The notes below the pieces were generated by a model. That model was not told where the DNA came from, did not search any database, and was given only the letters and a program-made list of their open reading frames with translations. 64,000 nucleotides of DNA from a virus: positions 32,001-96,000 of IMG/VR virus record IMGVR_UViG_3300045988_173642, one strand, 5' to 3'. A program made the position numbers and the translations under genes. Position 1 is the stretch's first letter; every line of letters begins with the position of its first letter. Shown here one piece after another: positions 45,466-53,329 of the stretch.

Positions 45466-46149
45466 TTATTTTTCGTCCTTCCTTAATACCGTCCTCACGC
45501 TATAATAGGGCGTATTGAACGGATATTTAACTTCGTAAATGTAGTACACCGCCATCGGTTCGCTCATGAGCAGTGTGTCGCGACATTCCACGCGGCCGGC
45601 CATGCCGTGTGCCATGAAGTTCAAGGCACACATCTTGCACGCGATAGGGTCTTTATCTTGCGCCACATATTCAAAGCGGCGGCCGGCGGAATGGTCTTTT
45701 TGGCTTTTGTCCATATAGTGGGCAAGGAGCAGGCGGCCGCTACCTGCCGCGCAGTCGTTCACCATTCCGCTGTCTTTGTCTCCGCGGTTGAGAATCCGCG
45801 ACATTAGGTCCGACACGTCATGTGGCGTGAAGAACTGGCCCGTTTTCGAGGCTTTTCCGCGACTGAGGTACATTTCCTCATACAAGATGCCGAACACATC
45901 CAGCCATCGGCCCTTTTCCATGTCCTCCGCCACGTCCTGGAGCCATTGCAGCGCAAGCCCCGTAAACTCCGGATTTTTTTCCGCGCAACGCAAAATGTGC
46001 TGGCTATATTCGGCCGTTCCTCCCTTGAAGGCGTCAATGCTGAATAACTCTAAAAGGTAGTCGCAGAAGTCGCTCAAGGCCATTTCTTGTGGTCGGTGGT
46101 TTTTGTCGGCCTGTTCGGTCAATATGTCTATATATTTATTTTTATCCAT
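45466..46149 (-). CDS. truncated N6-DNA-methylase (HsdM-like) AdoMet-binding domain lacking the catalytic NPPY/F motif
   Basis: GQFFTPHDVSDLM and VNDCAAGSGRLLLA motifs, then YVAQDKDPIACKMCALNFMAHG. The protein ends before any NPP[YFW]. Start refined to MDKNKY (the upstream motif lies inside the longer ORF). Confidence 0.55.
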   Translation of the reverse strand: MDKNKYIDILTEQADKNHRPQEMALSDFCDYLLELFSIDAFKGGTAEYSQHILRCAEKNPEFTGLALQWLQDVAEDMEKGRWLDVFGILYEEMYLSRGKASKTGQFFTPHDVSDLMSRILNRGDKDSGMVNDCAAGSGRLLLAHYMDKSQKDHSAGRRFEYVAQDKDPIACKMCALNFMAHGMAGRVECRDTLLMSEPMAVYYIYEVKYPFNTPYYSVRTVLRKDEK

Positions 46150-46381
46150 GATTTCTGATTTTTTAGATGTTTTATAATAGGGGCTGCGCTGCTCTGTTAG
46201 GCACAGCCCGTGACCTATGTCAATAATCACTTCCACATAGCAGAAGGGTAGACGCATGTGCTCAACGCATTATCACGGGCATACGCGCGAATTTCATAAT
46301 CGTAGCCCTTTATTTCCTTCATTATGGATTCCGCTTTTCGCGCAAGGCGCAGATAAGCAGAATACTTCTTCTTGGAATCCT

Positions 46382-46996
46382 TCAATTCTGAATGTCTGCC
46401 ATCAATTCTTTCTTATAGAAAGCTATAACGACGACTGCCTTTTGTGCGTCCAAGCGATCCCCAGTGTTCCATAACCAAAGCCATTCAATATCACAATATT
46501 GATTTCGCCCGTGGCTCGAATCGGCCATCATAGACACGAAGGGTCTATTATTGTTATTGTATTCCCGGCCATAGTACGTTATCTTATAATTATTCCCCCC
46601 AAAACCGCTCTTAAAACCGGTTTCGGCTTCCACGGCATCGTGAAAACGCTTATTAAGCACCTTCCCGTCGAATTGACGGCACACTTGAATCAGGCCGTCC
46701 AGGGCTTTCACTTCCAACTGCGTGCGCTTGATTAGCTTGTCAACATGTTGGCAATATCTTTGCACCTCCTTAGCCTTCTTGACGGTCTTAAAATCCGCCT
46801 CGCTGCCAATGCTGTAAGAAGATGCCGGAATATTGCGCTCGAGGTCTTCCTGGTTGCATAACGCGGCGAACTTCTGCGCATCTTTGTCAGAAGAAAAACG
46901 ATTAAACCACTCTGGACTATCGGTGTTCCATAACCATACATTACCATCATTGTTGATAAGATTCTTCGCTTCATTAAATATTACTTTCATAATCAT
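46382..46996 (-). CDS. hypothetical protein
   Basis: 204-aa ORF preceded by CCCTCTATTATAG. Confidence 0.55.
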   Translation of the reverse strand: MIMKVIFNEAKNLINNDGNVWLWNTDSPEWFNRFSSDKDAQKFAALCNQEDLERNIPASSYSIGSEADFKTVKKAKEVQRYCQHVDKLIKRTQLEVKALDGLIQVCRQFDGKVLNKRFHDAVEAETGFKSGFGGNNYKITYYGREYNNNNRPFVSMMADSSHGRNQYCDIEWLWLWNTGDRLDAQKAVVVIAFYKKELMADIQN

Positions 46997-47041
46997 GTAT
47001 TTTTTTTAAACTATAATAGAGGGCCGCACGCGAGCGGGGGC

Positions 47042-48712
47042 TTACACCCCGAACCACTCGCGCAAGCATGCCACGGCCTCTGGTGCGCTGGCCTGCCACT
47101 GCTGTTCTGCCTTGTTCCAGGTCGCGCCGTGCGCCTTGATGGCCTTGCGGTTGCGGTAGGTCGTTCGCCCATCGCCTACCACCGCCACGCCGTCGGCAAT
47201 ATCAACCAGCGCCAGTCCTTCTGCGGGTGCTTCGTCGTCCTGTGCGGCATCCTGAACGGCTGCGGCTGTATCGGTGCGCTCGTCCAACGTTGGGCTGGCT
47301 GGCGCCGTTGTTGGCGTGTAGCTGCGAAGGGTCCATACGTGACGGGCAATACTATCGGCTGTTGCAGTTGAGCTGTGAAAGAATAAAGGGCGCATATTGA
47401 CGCCAAGGGCGTCGGCAAGGGCGTCCACCTCTTGCAACGAATAGCTATAATAGCCATTCTGCCCATATTCATTTTTAACATTCGCGGCCGGCACAACGGA
47501 GAGTACTTCAGCCAATATCTCATTGCGTGCTTCATCCGACATTTTCCGCTTGATTGCAATATCTCCAGCGTTGTTGCCCATAGTTTTGCGGGCAAAATCG
47601 ACGAACTCAGAATAAAATACATCTGTCGAATCGTCCCAACCGTTGAACGTGTCGCGACGGCTGCAGAACAGATCTAAATCCGTTTTTTCCGAAAATTCTT
47701 CTTCGGTCGGTCCGTCGGTCCAAGTTACCTCGAAATCAGCGCCCCAGCCGCGGCGCACAGATACGGAGAACTTGACGCCGGGGAAAGCCGCGGTGCACAT
47801 CGCCAAAATATTTGCCTTTCGCGCGTTGTCAATCTTTCGCGCCGTGGTCTTACCGTCCTTCTCCAGTTCTTCAACGTTGCGCATGAGGTGAGACCATCTG
47901 GCGCAGCGTTCGCGGTATTCGGCGAGGCGTGCCGCCTTCGCTTCGGCTTCCTGGCGTTCCTCTTCCGCTTTTCTGGCTTCTTCGGCCGCCTTAACGGCTG
48001 CCAATTCGTCGGCGAATAAGACAGGCCACACGATTGGTAGATATATATAGCGGGCATAATCATAGCCCTCAGAATCAATGAGGAAGTACTTGCCAGACGG
48101 TGAAACGACAAGCGCACCGACGGTGTAGAATGTGGCCCAGTCTTCTTCGTTGTACGTACCAGTAGAGGCATCGTCGGACACATCTTCAGAACGACTGAAA
48201 CCGCGCAAGGTGTAGCGGGCCACAAGTTCATCCGCCAATTCTGGACGTTGGAAATATTCTTCCGTTACATTGATTATTCGTTCTACGCAACAGAGTCGGG
48301 CAGGCTGCTCTCCTGCCTTGGTGTAGTAGGTGAGGTTATGCAGTTCCTCGAATAAGCCGCGTCCGCCGTCGCATTTGAGGCCGCTATTGTCGGCCCAAAA
48401 GAAGCCGCCGACGGCGGGAATACCTTCGAGGCGGTCGGCCTCTTTAGCATGCTCTGCATACTTGGTGCGCTGGCGTGCGGCCTCTTTGTTTGCGATAAGC
48501 TCGCGAGCAGCGACTTCGGCTGCCTCTGTCGTGGCCTTGCCGAATGTCTTCACGTACGCCGGGCGTGAGATAGGCGACATAGGGCCGCACCAACCACACA
48601 AGCAAATATATTGTTCGTTATCGCTGTAATACTGTGCACGTTGAGCCTTGTCTTTTAAAACCTTAGATAAGTTCTCGGCAATCACGTTAAGGGGTACATT
48701 CTTTGTAGTCAT
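47042..48712 (-). CDS. large hypothetical protein (multi-domain, coiled-coil centre)
   Basis: 556-aa ORF with a TATCTTTG box on the minus strand (complement of 48751-48758). Resembles polyvalent/anti-restriction-associated proteins of mobile elements only loosely. Confidence 0.6.
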   Translation of the reverse strand: MTTKNVPLNVIAENLSKVLKDKAQRAQYYSDNEQYICLCGWCGPMSPISRPAYVKTFGKATTEAAEVAARELIANKEAARQRTKYAEHAKEADRLEGIPAVGGFFWADNSGLKCDGGRGLFEELHNLTYYTKAGEQPARLCCVERIINVTEEYFQRPELADELVARYTLRGFSRSEDVSDDASTGTYNEEDWATFYTVGALVVSPSGKYFLIDSEGYDYARYIYLPIVWPVLFADELAAVKAAEEARKAEEERQEAEAKAARLAEYRERCARWSHLMRNVEELEKDGKTTARKIDNARKANILAMCTAAFPGVKFSVSVRRGWGADFEVTWTDGPTEEEFSEKTDLDLFCSRRDTFNGWDDSTDVFYSEFVDFARKTMGNNAGDIAIKRKMSDEARNEILAEVLSVVPAANVKNEYGQNGYYSYSLQEVDALADALGVNMRPLFFHSSTATADSIARHVWTLRSYTPTTAPASPTLDERTDTAAAVQDAAQDDEAPAEGLALVDIADGVAVVGDGRTTYRNRKAIKAHGATWNKAEQQWQASAPEAVACLREWFGV

Positions 48713-48750
48713 AATCTTTTTTATTGTTGTTTGTTTCTTGTTTTCGAGTG

Positions 48751-48862
48751 CAAAGATATAAAGATATATTTATATCGCCAAAGATAAAACAAAGAAATAT
48801 TTGAGTTTAACACCTATTAATATAAATATATCTTCATATTTGGTTTTTTACCCGTATCTTTG
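48751..48862. promoter_or_regulatory. divergent promoter/operator region
   Basis: Minus-strand TATCTTTG boxes (complement of 48751-48758 and 48779-48786) and a plus-strand TATCTTTG at 48855-48862. Perfect 15-bp inverted repeat AAGATATATTTATAT (48761-48775) / ATATAAATATATCTT (48820-48834). Confidence 0.55.
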
Positions 48863-48885
48863 CAGCGTTAAAAACATATAGAACA

Positions 48886-49224
48886 ATGAAAGTATATATT
48901 AAAGAGATGTTAGCCCTTAAAGGGCTGACGCAAAAAGACATCGCGGAGAGGATGGGCGTAACGCAATCCAACGTTTCGGCCACAATATCCAGGCCTTCCT
49001 TCCCCACGTTGGAACGCATTGCAGAAGCCTTGCAAGTTGAACCCTGGCAACTGTTGGCACCGCCTTCAATCGTGGAAGAACTCCAACAGGCGAGAGCGCA
49101 GCAGGGATGCGAGCGCGGACTTGTAGGCGTTGTCCGCGTCGGGTGTGAGATATACACGGCCGATTCGGTGAATCAATTACGCGCCATTGTGGAACGGCTG
49201 GAACAAGCAGAAAAAAACAAATGA
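48886..49224 (+). CDS. XRE-family HTH regulator
   Basis: MLALKGLTQKDIAERMGVTQSNVSATISRPSFPTLERIAEALQVEPWQLL is a classic HTH_3 pattern. Confidence 0.75.
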   Translation: MKVYIKEMLALKGLTQKDIAERMGVTQSNVSATISRPSFPTLERIAEALQVEPWQLLAPPSIVEELQQARAQQGCERGLVGVVRVGCEIYTADSVNQLRAIVERLEQAEKNK

Positions 49225-49280
49225 AAAAGAAATCCCGGCAGGCTCAACCTGGCGGGATTTCTTTTGCAATTTTAAAACGC

Positions 49281-49634
49281 TCAATTATTCAGAGCGTCTA
49301 TAATGTTAGTTTTATACCACACTGCCGCCTGGCCCATCGTATCGCGAAGTTCCTGCAGGTATTCCTTATAATTCGCCTGCGTGATCGTGATGCGACGCTC
49401 AGGGTGTTGACCGTCGGTGTCGCCACTTGCCAAGTGGAGAATACAAAAGGTGCGGTCTGTCTCGTGGTGTGCCACGTAGCCCTGTCTTTTGCAGATCTCC
49501 ACGGTGCGGGCGAAGTCCGCGGGCGTGGTCGGGATGACTTGCAACACGCTCCAGGGGTATTCTTGAGCGGTTAAAAGTACTTGCCCTTCACGTTCAGACA
49601 CGCGAAAGGCATGAATAGTTTTGGAAGTTTCCAT
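49281..49634 (-). CDS. hypothetical protein
   Basis: 117-aa ORF. Confidence 0.5.
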   Translation of the reverse strand: METSKTIHAFRVSEREGQVLLTAQEYPWSVLQVIPTTPADFARTVEICKRQGYVAHHETDRTFCILHLASGDTDGQHPERRITITQANYKEYLQELRDTMGQAAVWYKTNIIDALNN

Positions 49635-49699
49635 TTTCTCGTTTTTTTATCAGTCTATAAAGATAGTTATTTTGTTTGGATTGACAAGGGGAGAGAACG

Positions 49700-49860
49700 G
49701 CATAAAGCCACGATGGACAAGGGCGGGCAACGAAAGGGCGGCCTCTACTCAGCCAAGCAGGGCGGCCAACATGAAGCCAGGACGGGCAACGACGGGCAAC
49801 GGACGGCAGCCCCCCATGTAGCCAAGGGCGGCAACATGAAGCCAGGGCGGGCAACATAGC
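49700..49860. repeat. GC-rich GGGC(G/A)GCAAC-type repeat cluster
   Basis: At least 6 copies of (G/A)CGGGCAAC / GGCGGC(C)AAC. A ~40-bp unit AGCCAAG..GGCGGC.AACATGAAGCCAGG.CGGGCAAC occurs twice (about 49751 and 49821). Confidence 0.7.
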
Positions 49861-49889
49861 CGGCACCCCAAAAAAATATAACGCCGTTT

Positions 49890-49927
49890 GCGCCGTGTGC
49901 GTTCCTGATCTGGAACACGCACGGCGC
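49890..49927 (-). terminator. long hairpin terminator after 49949-50305
   Basis: 16-bp stem GCGCCGTGTGCGTTCC / GGAACACGCACGGCGC (1 mismatch, 1 wobble), followed on the minus strand by a T-tract. Confidence 0.55.
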
Positions 49928-49948
49928 GACGTTTGCGAAACAAAACAC

Positions 49949-50305
49949 TCAAAACATATTATAAAGATTATTAAACATTTGGTATTTTTGGTCTTTATTC
50001 AGGTAGGCCAAAAATTCAGCTGAGCGTTTCTTGGTTATTATCTTATAACCGTTTAGGCGCTTAAACGCTTCACGCGCCAAGGCTTTGTCCCGGTCGACGG
50101 CCTCCATAATAACCATACGGATGGCCGTGCGATATTCGTAACTTTCCCAAGTTCGGTCGTAATAACGCAATCTTATCCGCCCTATTTGGTTTGTTCCCTG
50201 ATAGAGGGTAACTTCATGCCCCCAACTGTTACGGGTTTTCCACGTTGAGCAAAAAAGGGTGAAATTGTTTCCATTTATTATTTTTTCGTATATCATAGTT
50301 TTCAT
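49949..50305 (-). CDS. hypothetical protein
   Basis: 118-aa ORF. Confidence 0.5.
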   Translation of the reverse strand: MKTMIYEKIINGNNFTLFCSTWKTRNSWGHEVTLYQGTNQIGRIRLRYYDRTWESYEYRTAIRMVIMEAVDRDKALAREAFKRLNGYKIITKKRSAEFLAYLNKDQKYQMFNNLYNMF

Positions 50306-50332
50306 TTTTAACGGCCTGAAGGCCTTATTTTT

Positions 50333-50566
50333 TTAAAATTGAATACAAAGCAGGAGTGCCACAACGGCCAAAATGCAGTTATACACGACGAGTTTTGCCC
50401 CGGTTAGCCGCAACGGGTCACCGTCGCCAGCAAAAAAATCGTGTTCGGCCTTCAGCCAACGGCGGAGAGATGCAGCGCAACGGCGAAGGGCGCCGGCACG
50501 GATAACGCGTGCAGCTGGAGCGGCGGCGCGTGGTGTGGTGTAAATGGTAGTTGTTTCCATAATCAT
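50333..50566 (-). CDS. hypothetical small protein with C-terminal hydrophobic helix
   Basis: 77-aa ORF with tail LVVYNCILAVVALLLCIQF. Confidence 0.4.
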   Translation of the reverse strand: MIMETTTIYTTPRAAAPAARVIRAGALRRCAASLRRWLKAEHDFFAGDGDPLRLTGAKLVVYNCILAVVALLLCIQF

Positions 50567-50582
50567 TTATTTTTTTCGTTAG

Positions 50583-50634
50583 TGTAGCCGCCGGGGGACT
50601 TGAACCCCCGGCGAGGCCTGGAACCTCCGCGGCT
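50583..50634 (-). other. tRNA-like element E2 (D-arm-less cloverleaf-like fold)
   Basis: Minus strand reads AGCCG-C-GGAGG-TTCCAGG-CCTC-G-CCGGGGG-TTCAAGT-CCCCCGG-CGGCT-A. The 7-nt loop has U33-like T and central CCA. Overlaps the stop of 50634-51032. Confidence 0.35.
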
Positions 50635-51032
50635 TATTTGGCATGCTTACAGGCATTTTCGTAGTCTTCCAATAATTTCCACCGCTCATAAATGGGACCC
50701 CTAACGCCTCTATATTTCCCGGCGTTGGCCGACAAATAAGAGTTAACGGCGGTGAAGGCGTCGCGCCGTACGCGCCCCGTTAGTTCGACGTGTTCTCCGC
50801 AAGCACCGCCGCGCGGTGCGTTGTTGTAGCACTTGTGGGCCACGCCCGCAGCGGTTAAGACCTTGTGCACCTCGTGGGTCTCCACATGATAAGTCCTTTT
50901 GTCACTGTAGCCAGTTTGGGCCACGCCCTTAAGCAAAAGAGTTATTATATGGTTATATGTGCGCGTATTTTTGCGAAGGCCGAAGGGGCGAGGGTCGCGA
51001 ACCACCTGTAATAATATGGAAAACTGTTTCAT
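50634..51032 (-). CDS. hypothetical protein
   Basis: 132-aa ORF. Confidence 0.5.
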   Translation of the reverse strand: MKQFSILLQVVRDPRPFGLRKNTRTYNHIITLLLKGVAQTGYSDKRTYHVETHEVHKVLTAAGVAHKCYNNAPRGGACGEHVELTGRVRRDAFTAVNSYLSANAGKYRGVRGPIYERWKLLEDYENACKHAK

Positions 51033-51034
51033 GG

Positions 51035-51388
51035 TTATATCTTATATCTAATTTCTTTGCAATTCTGTAAATCAAAAATAGCAATTTGCGCGTTACTCTT
51101 TCCAAGCTCCAGCGCGTCCGCCAAGGCATACGCAATGATCACTGCGTCGTAGTAATAGAGGCCGTTTTCTTCATTATACCACCCGCCAAAGGCGTTCACC
51201 TCATGGTGAGTCTTCGCGTATTCAATTACGCGGGCAAGACCCTCAGGGCCGAAACTGTTTTGAGTGGCGGCAACGGCAACGGCGTAGCCCTTTTGGATTG
51301 GTTGCAAGGTGGTGGCGTCGACGGTGTAACCATGTTTGTTGTTGGCGGCTATTAATGATAAGGCCGCAAAAATAGTGTTAGTGTTCAT
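51035..51388 (-). CDS. hypothetical protein
   Basis: 117-aa ORF 2 nt upstream of the next gene. Confidence 0.5.
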   Translation of the reverse strand: MNTNTIFAALSLIAANNKHGYTVDATTLQPIQKGYAVAVAATQNSFGPEGLARVIEYAKTHHEVNAFGGWYNEENGLYYYDAVIIAYALADALELGKSNAQIAIFDLQNCKEIRYKI

Positions 51389-51469
51389 TTCTTTTTTGTT
51401 TTGTGCCGGGTTCCGGCGGTGATTATATAGCGATCTTCACGTCGTTTAACAGGTTTATATTGGACATTG

Positions 51470-51622
51470 TCAAGCAACGCCAAAAACGATCTTTGGTAAA
51501 TTATAATATATCCGTAATGAATGGCATACATTCGTTTTTTCGCGATTGATAGAATCAATCATAATATGCAGAAAACATTGTTCATCTTCTGACAGTTTGA
51601 AGGCGTTTACAATAGATCCCAT
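51470..51622 (-). CDS. possible 50-aa ORF (below track cutoff)
   Basis: ATG at 51622, translation MGSIVNAFKLSEDEQCFLHIMIDSINREK... A TAACTTTG box on the minus strand (complement of 51675-51682) lies upstream. Confidence 0.3.
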   Translation of the reverse strand: MGSIVNAFKLSEDEQCFLHIMIDSINREKTNVCHSLRIYYNLPKIVFGVA

Positions 51623-52259
51623 TTCTTTAACTGTGATTATTTTTTTTCATAATCTTATTTTTTGTTTACGAGTGCAAAGTTACAAATATGATAACGCATA
51701 AGCAAACAAAAAAGATATTATTTTCACCTTCCACCCATTATTTAACATCACAAAACATCTAAATAGTAAAAGTGGAAGGCGTACATGTCAAAAAGCAATG
51801 GCAAAGCGTCTTATATATATAGGAGTGCAGCGGGGCGGGTGCCGCGCTCAAGTTGGCCGCCGCCATTGTCGTTTGCCCGCGACGCTGCCACGCGTCGGCA
51901 TATTCGGGCGGCATCCTCAAGGCGGGGGCAGGCTGTGGAACTCAGTGCGGCGTGGGCTCTCGCTTGAAAACCAACCTTTTAAGGCAAAAAGCAAACTTGC
52001 GATTTCTTTGTATTTCAATTATTTATGTGTCCCTATTGGGAGCAGCCGTTTTTCAAGCTAAATAACGCCACGGGGAAATTTAGAGGATAAATCGCAAGAG
52101 GAACGGGGAAAAAGAATAATATAGCTATATATTAAACATAGTTTAATATATAGCATGAGGATAGACAAAACGGGCAGTGGAAAGAAGCCTTTTTCAATGT
52201 AAAAACAAACAGAAATGCAAAATAGCGCCAATAAATTTGCGTAACACAAACAAAAATGC

Positions 52260-52267
52260 TATCTTTG
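52260..52267 (+). promoter_or_regulatory. -7 promoter box TATCTTTG
   Basis: 29 nt upstream of the ATG at 52296. Confidence 0.55.
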
Positions 52268-52295
52268 CACTATCAAACTATATAACAATGGAATC

Positions 52296-52709
52296 ATGGA
52301 AACAAAGAACGAACCAAAATCAAAAGTGAATCTCCGCAAACTCATGAAAAAGTTGGGCATGAGAACAAGACAATTTGCAAAAGCAACTCATCTCTACGAC
52401 GCGACTTTGGCGCGTTATCTTCGCACGGACTCCATCACTGCAAATCAAATCTACAAAATTGCGATGGCGCTCGATATTGACCCGCGCGATATGTTCTTTC
52501 CAACGGACGAAAAGGAGGACGAAAATTTGCTCTTCACGGACGACGAAGAGGAGCAGGAGGAGATGAAGGAAGAAGTTTCGGAAGAAGTGGTAGAAGAAGT
52601 GGCGGAAAAAGATAAGCAAGACGCTGCACCTGCACAACTGCAAACAACGGCCTTCTGCCCACACTGTGGCGCAAAGGTGCGCGTGGGCGTGGTGCTCATG
52701 CAGGAATGA
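52296..52709 (+). CDS. HTH regulator with acidic linker and C-terminal zinc-ribbon-like CPHCG
   Basis: N-terminal LRKLMKKLGMRTRQFAKATHLYDATLARYLRTDSITANQIYKIAMALDIDPRDMFF (XRE-like), an E-rich linker, then FCPHCGAKV. Confidence 0.65.
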   Translation: METKNEPKSKVNLRKLMKKLGMRTRQFAKATHLYDATLARYLRTDSITANQIYKIAMALDIDPRDMFFPTDEKEDENLLFTDDEEEQEEMKEEVSEEVVEEVAEKDKQDAAPAQLQTTAFCPHCGAKVRVGVVLMQE

Positions 52710-52829
52710 GCGCACGCTAAGTAATGGTAAAAGAAAACTGCGGCATGCAGCCTGCCAACCGTTCCGAAGAACGGCGGACAGGTGCATGCCGCAGTTTTTT
52801 GTTGGTTGAAGGGGAATAGCCCGTGGCAA

Positions 52830-53270
52830 CTATCCGTCGATGTCGCCTCCAGCATCGCCGCCTGGCTTTCCGCTTGGCGGGCTGCCACCAGAGACAACGC
52901 CTCCCGTGAGTTCGTTGCCGTGGAGCATGATTTTCATGTCGTCGGTCACGAGGGAGCGCAAGAAGGAATACGGATTGCCAATCTTGTGCTGCGCCTTAAA
53001 CGCTTTCATAACGGCGAGGTAAGCCTCGGTGCCCGCTGTGTTGGAAGCCGAAGGGCGGTTCTGTCTCCACCAAGAAGCCGCGAATTTCGCCTTTTTGGCG
53101 AAGTCGGCTTTTGTGGCCTGTTGTTTCTCACTGTTCGGCTGAACGCATCCATGATAGCCAGCAGAATACATCTTGCCCGTTTGCTTGTTTACTGCAAGAT
53201 AGGTGGTGTCTTTCTTGCATAACTTACCACTGATAGAAGTAATCAAATGGTTCGTCACAATAATAGCCAT
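52830..53270 (-). CDS. hypothetical protein with Gly-rich C-terminus
   Basis: 146-aa ORF. Confidence 0.5.
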   Translation of the reverse strand: MAIIVTNHLITSISGKLCKKDTTYLAVNKQTGKMYSAGYHGCVQPNSEKQQATKADFAKKAKFAASWWRQNRPSASNTAGTEAYLAVMKAFKAQHKIGNPYSFLRSLVTDDMKIMLHGNELTGGVVSGGSPPSGKPGGDAGGDIDG

Positions 53271-53329
53271 AATGCAAAAATTTTAAGGTTAAACATGGCC
53301 CGAAATGGGCGTTGGTTGAAAAGAGAGCA

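Noticed and set aside
49581-49952. Several overlapping 60-92-aa ORFs on both strands
   Set aside because: They lie in the GC-rich repeat cluster and are open in many frames at once, with Gly/Arg/Ala/Pro-rich translations. This is a repeat-driven artefact.
42165-50634. Canonical tRNA genes at the four T-arm-containing loci
   Set aside because: No D-arm, no full 5' acceptor strand at the right distance, and no standard 5-bp anticodon stem. They are reported as tRNA-like elements only. The alternative that they are 3' fragments of host tRNA genes (att scars) cannot be excluded without host sequence.
51785-52065. Three overlapping plus-strand ORFs (60-87 aa) as genes
   Set aside because: They overlap each other in different frames with non-protein-like translations. 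Treated as a GC-rich non-coding island instead.
52320-52897. 169-aa and 148-aa minus-strand ORFs overlapping the HTH gene 52296-52709
   Set aside because: They are the mirror of the E-rich linker (which gives poly-Ser/Phe/Leu). The plus-strand gene has a promoter and an HTH signature.
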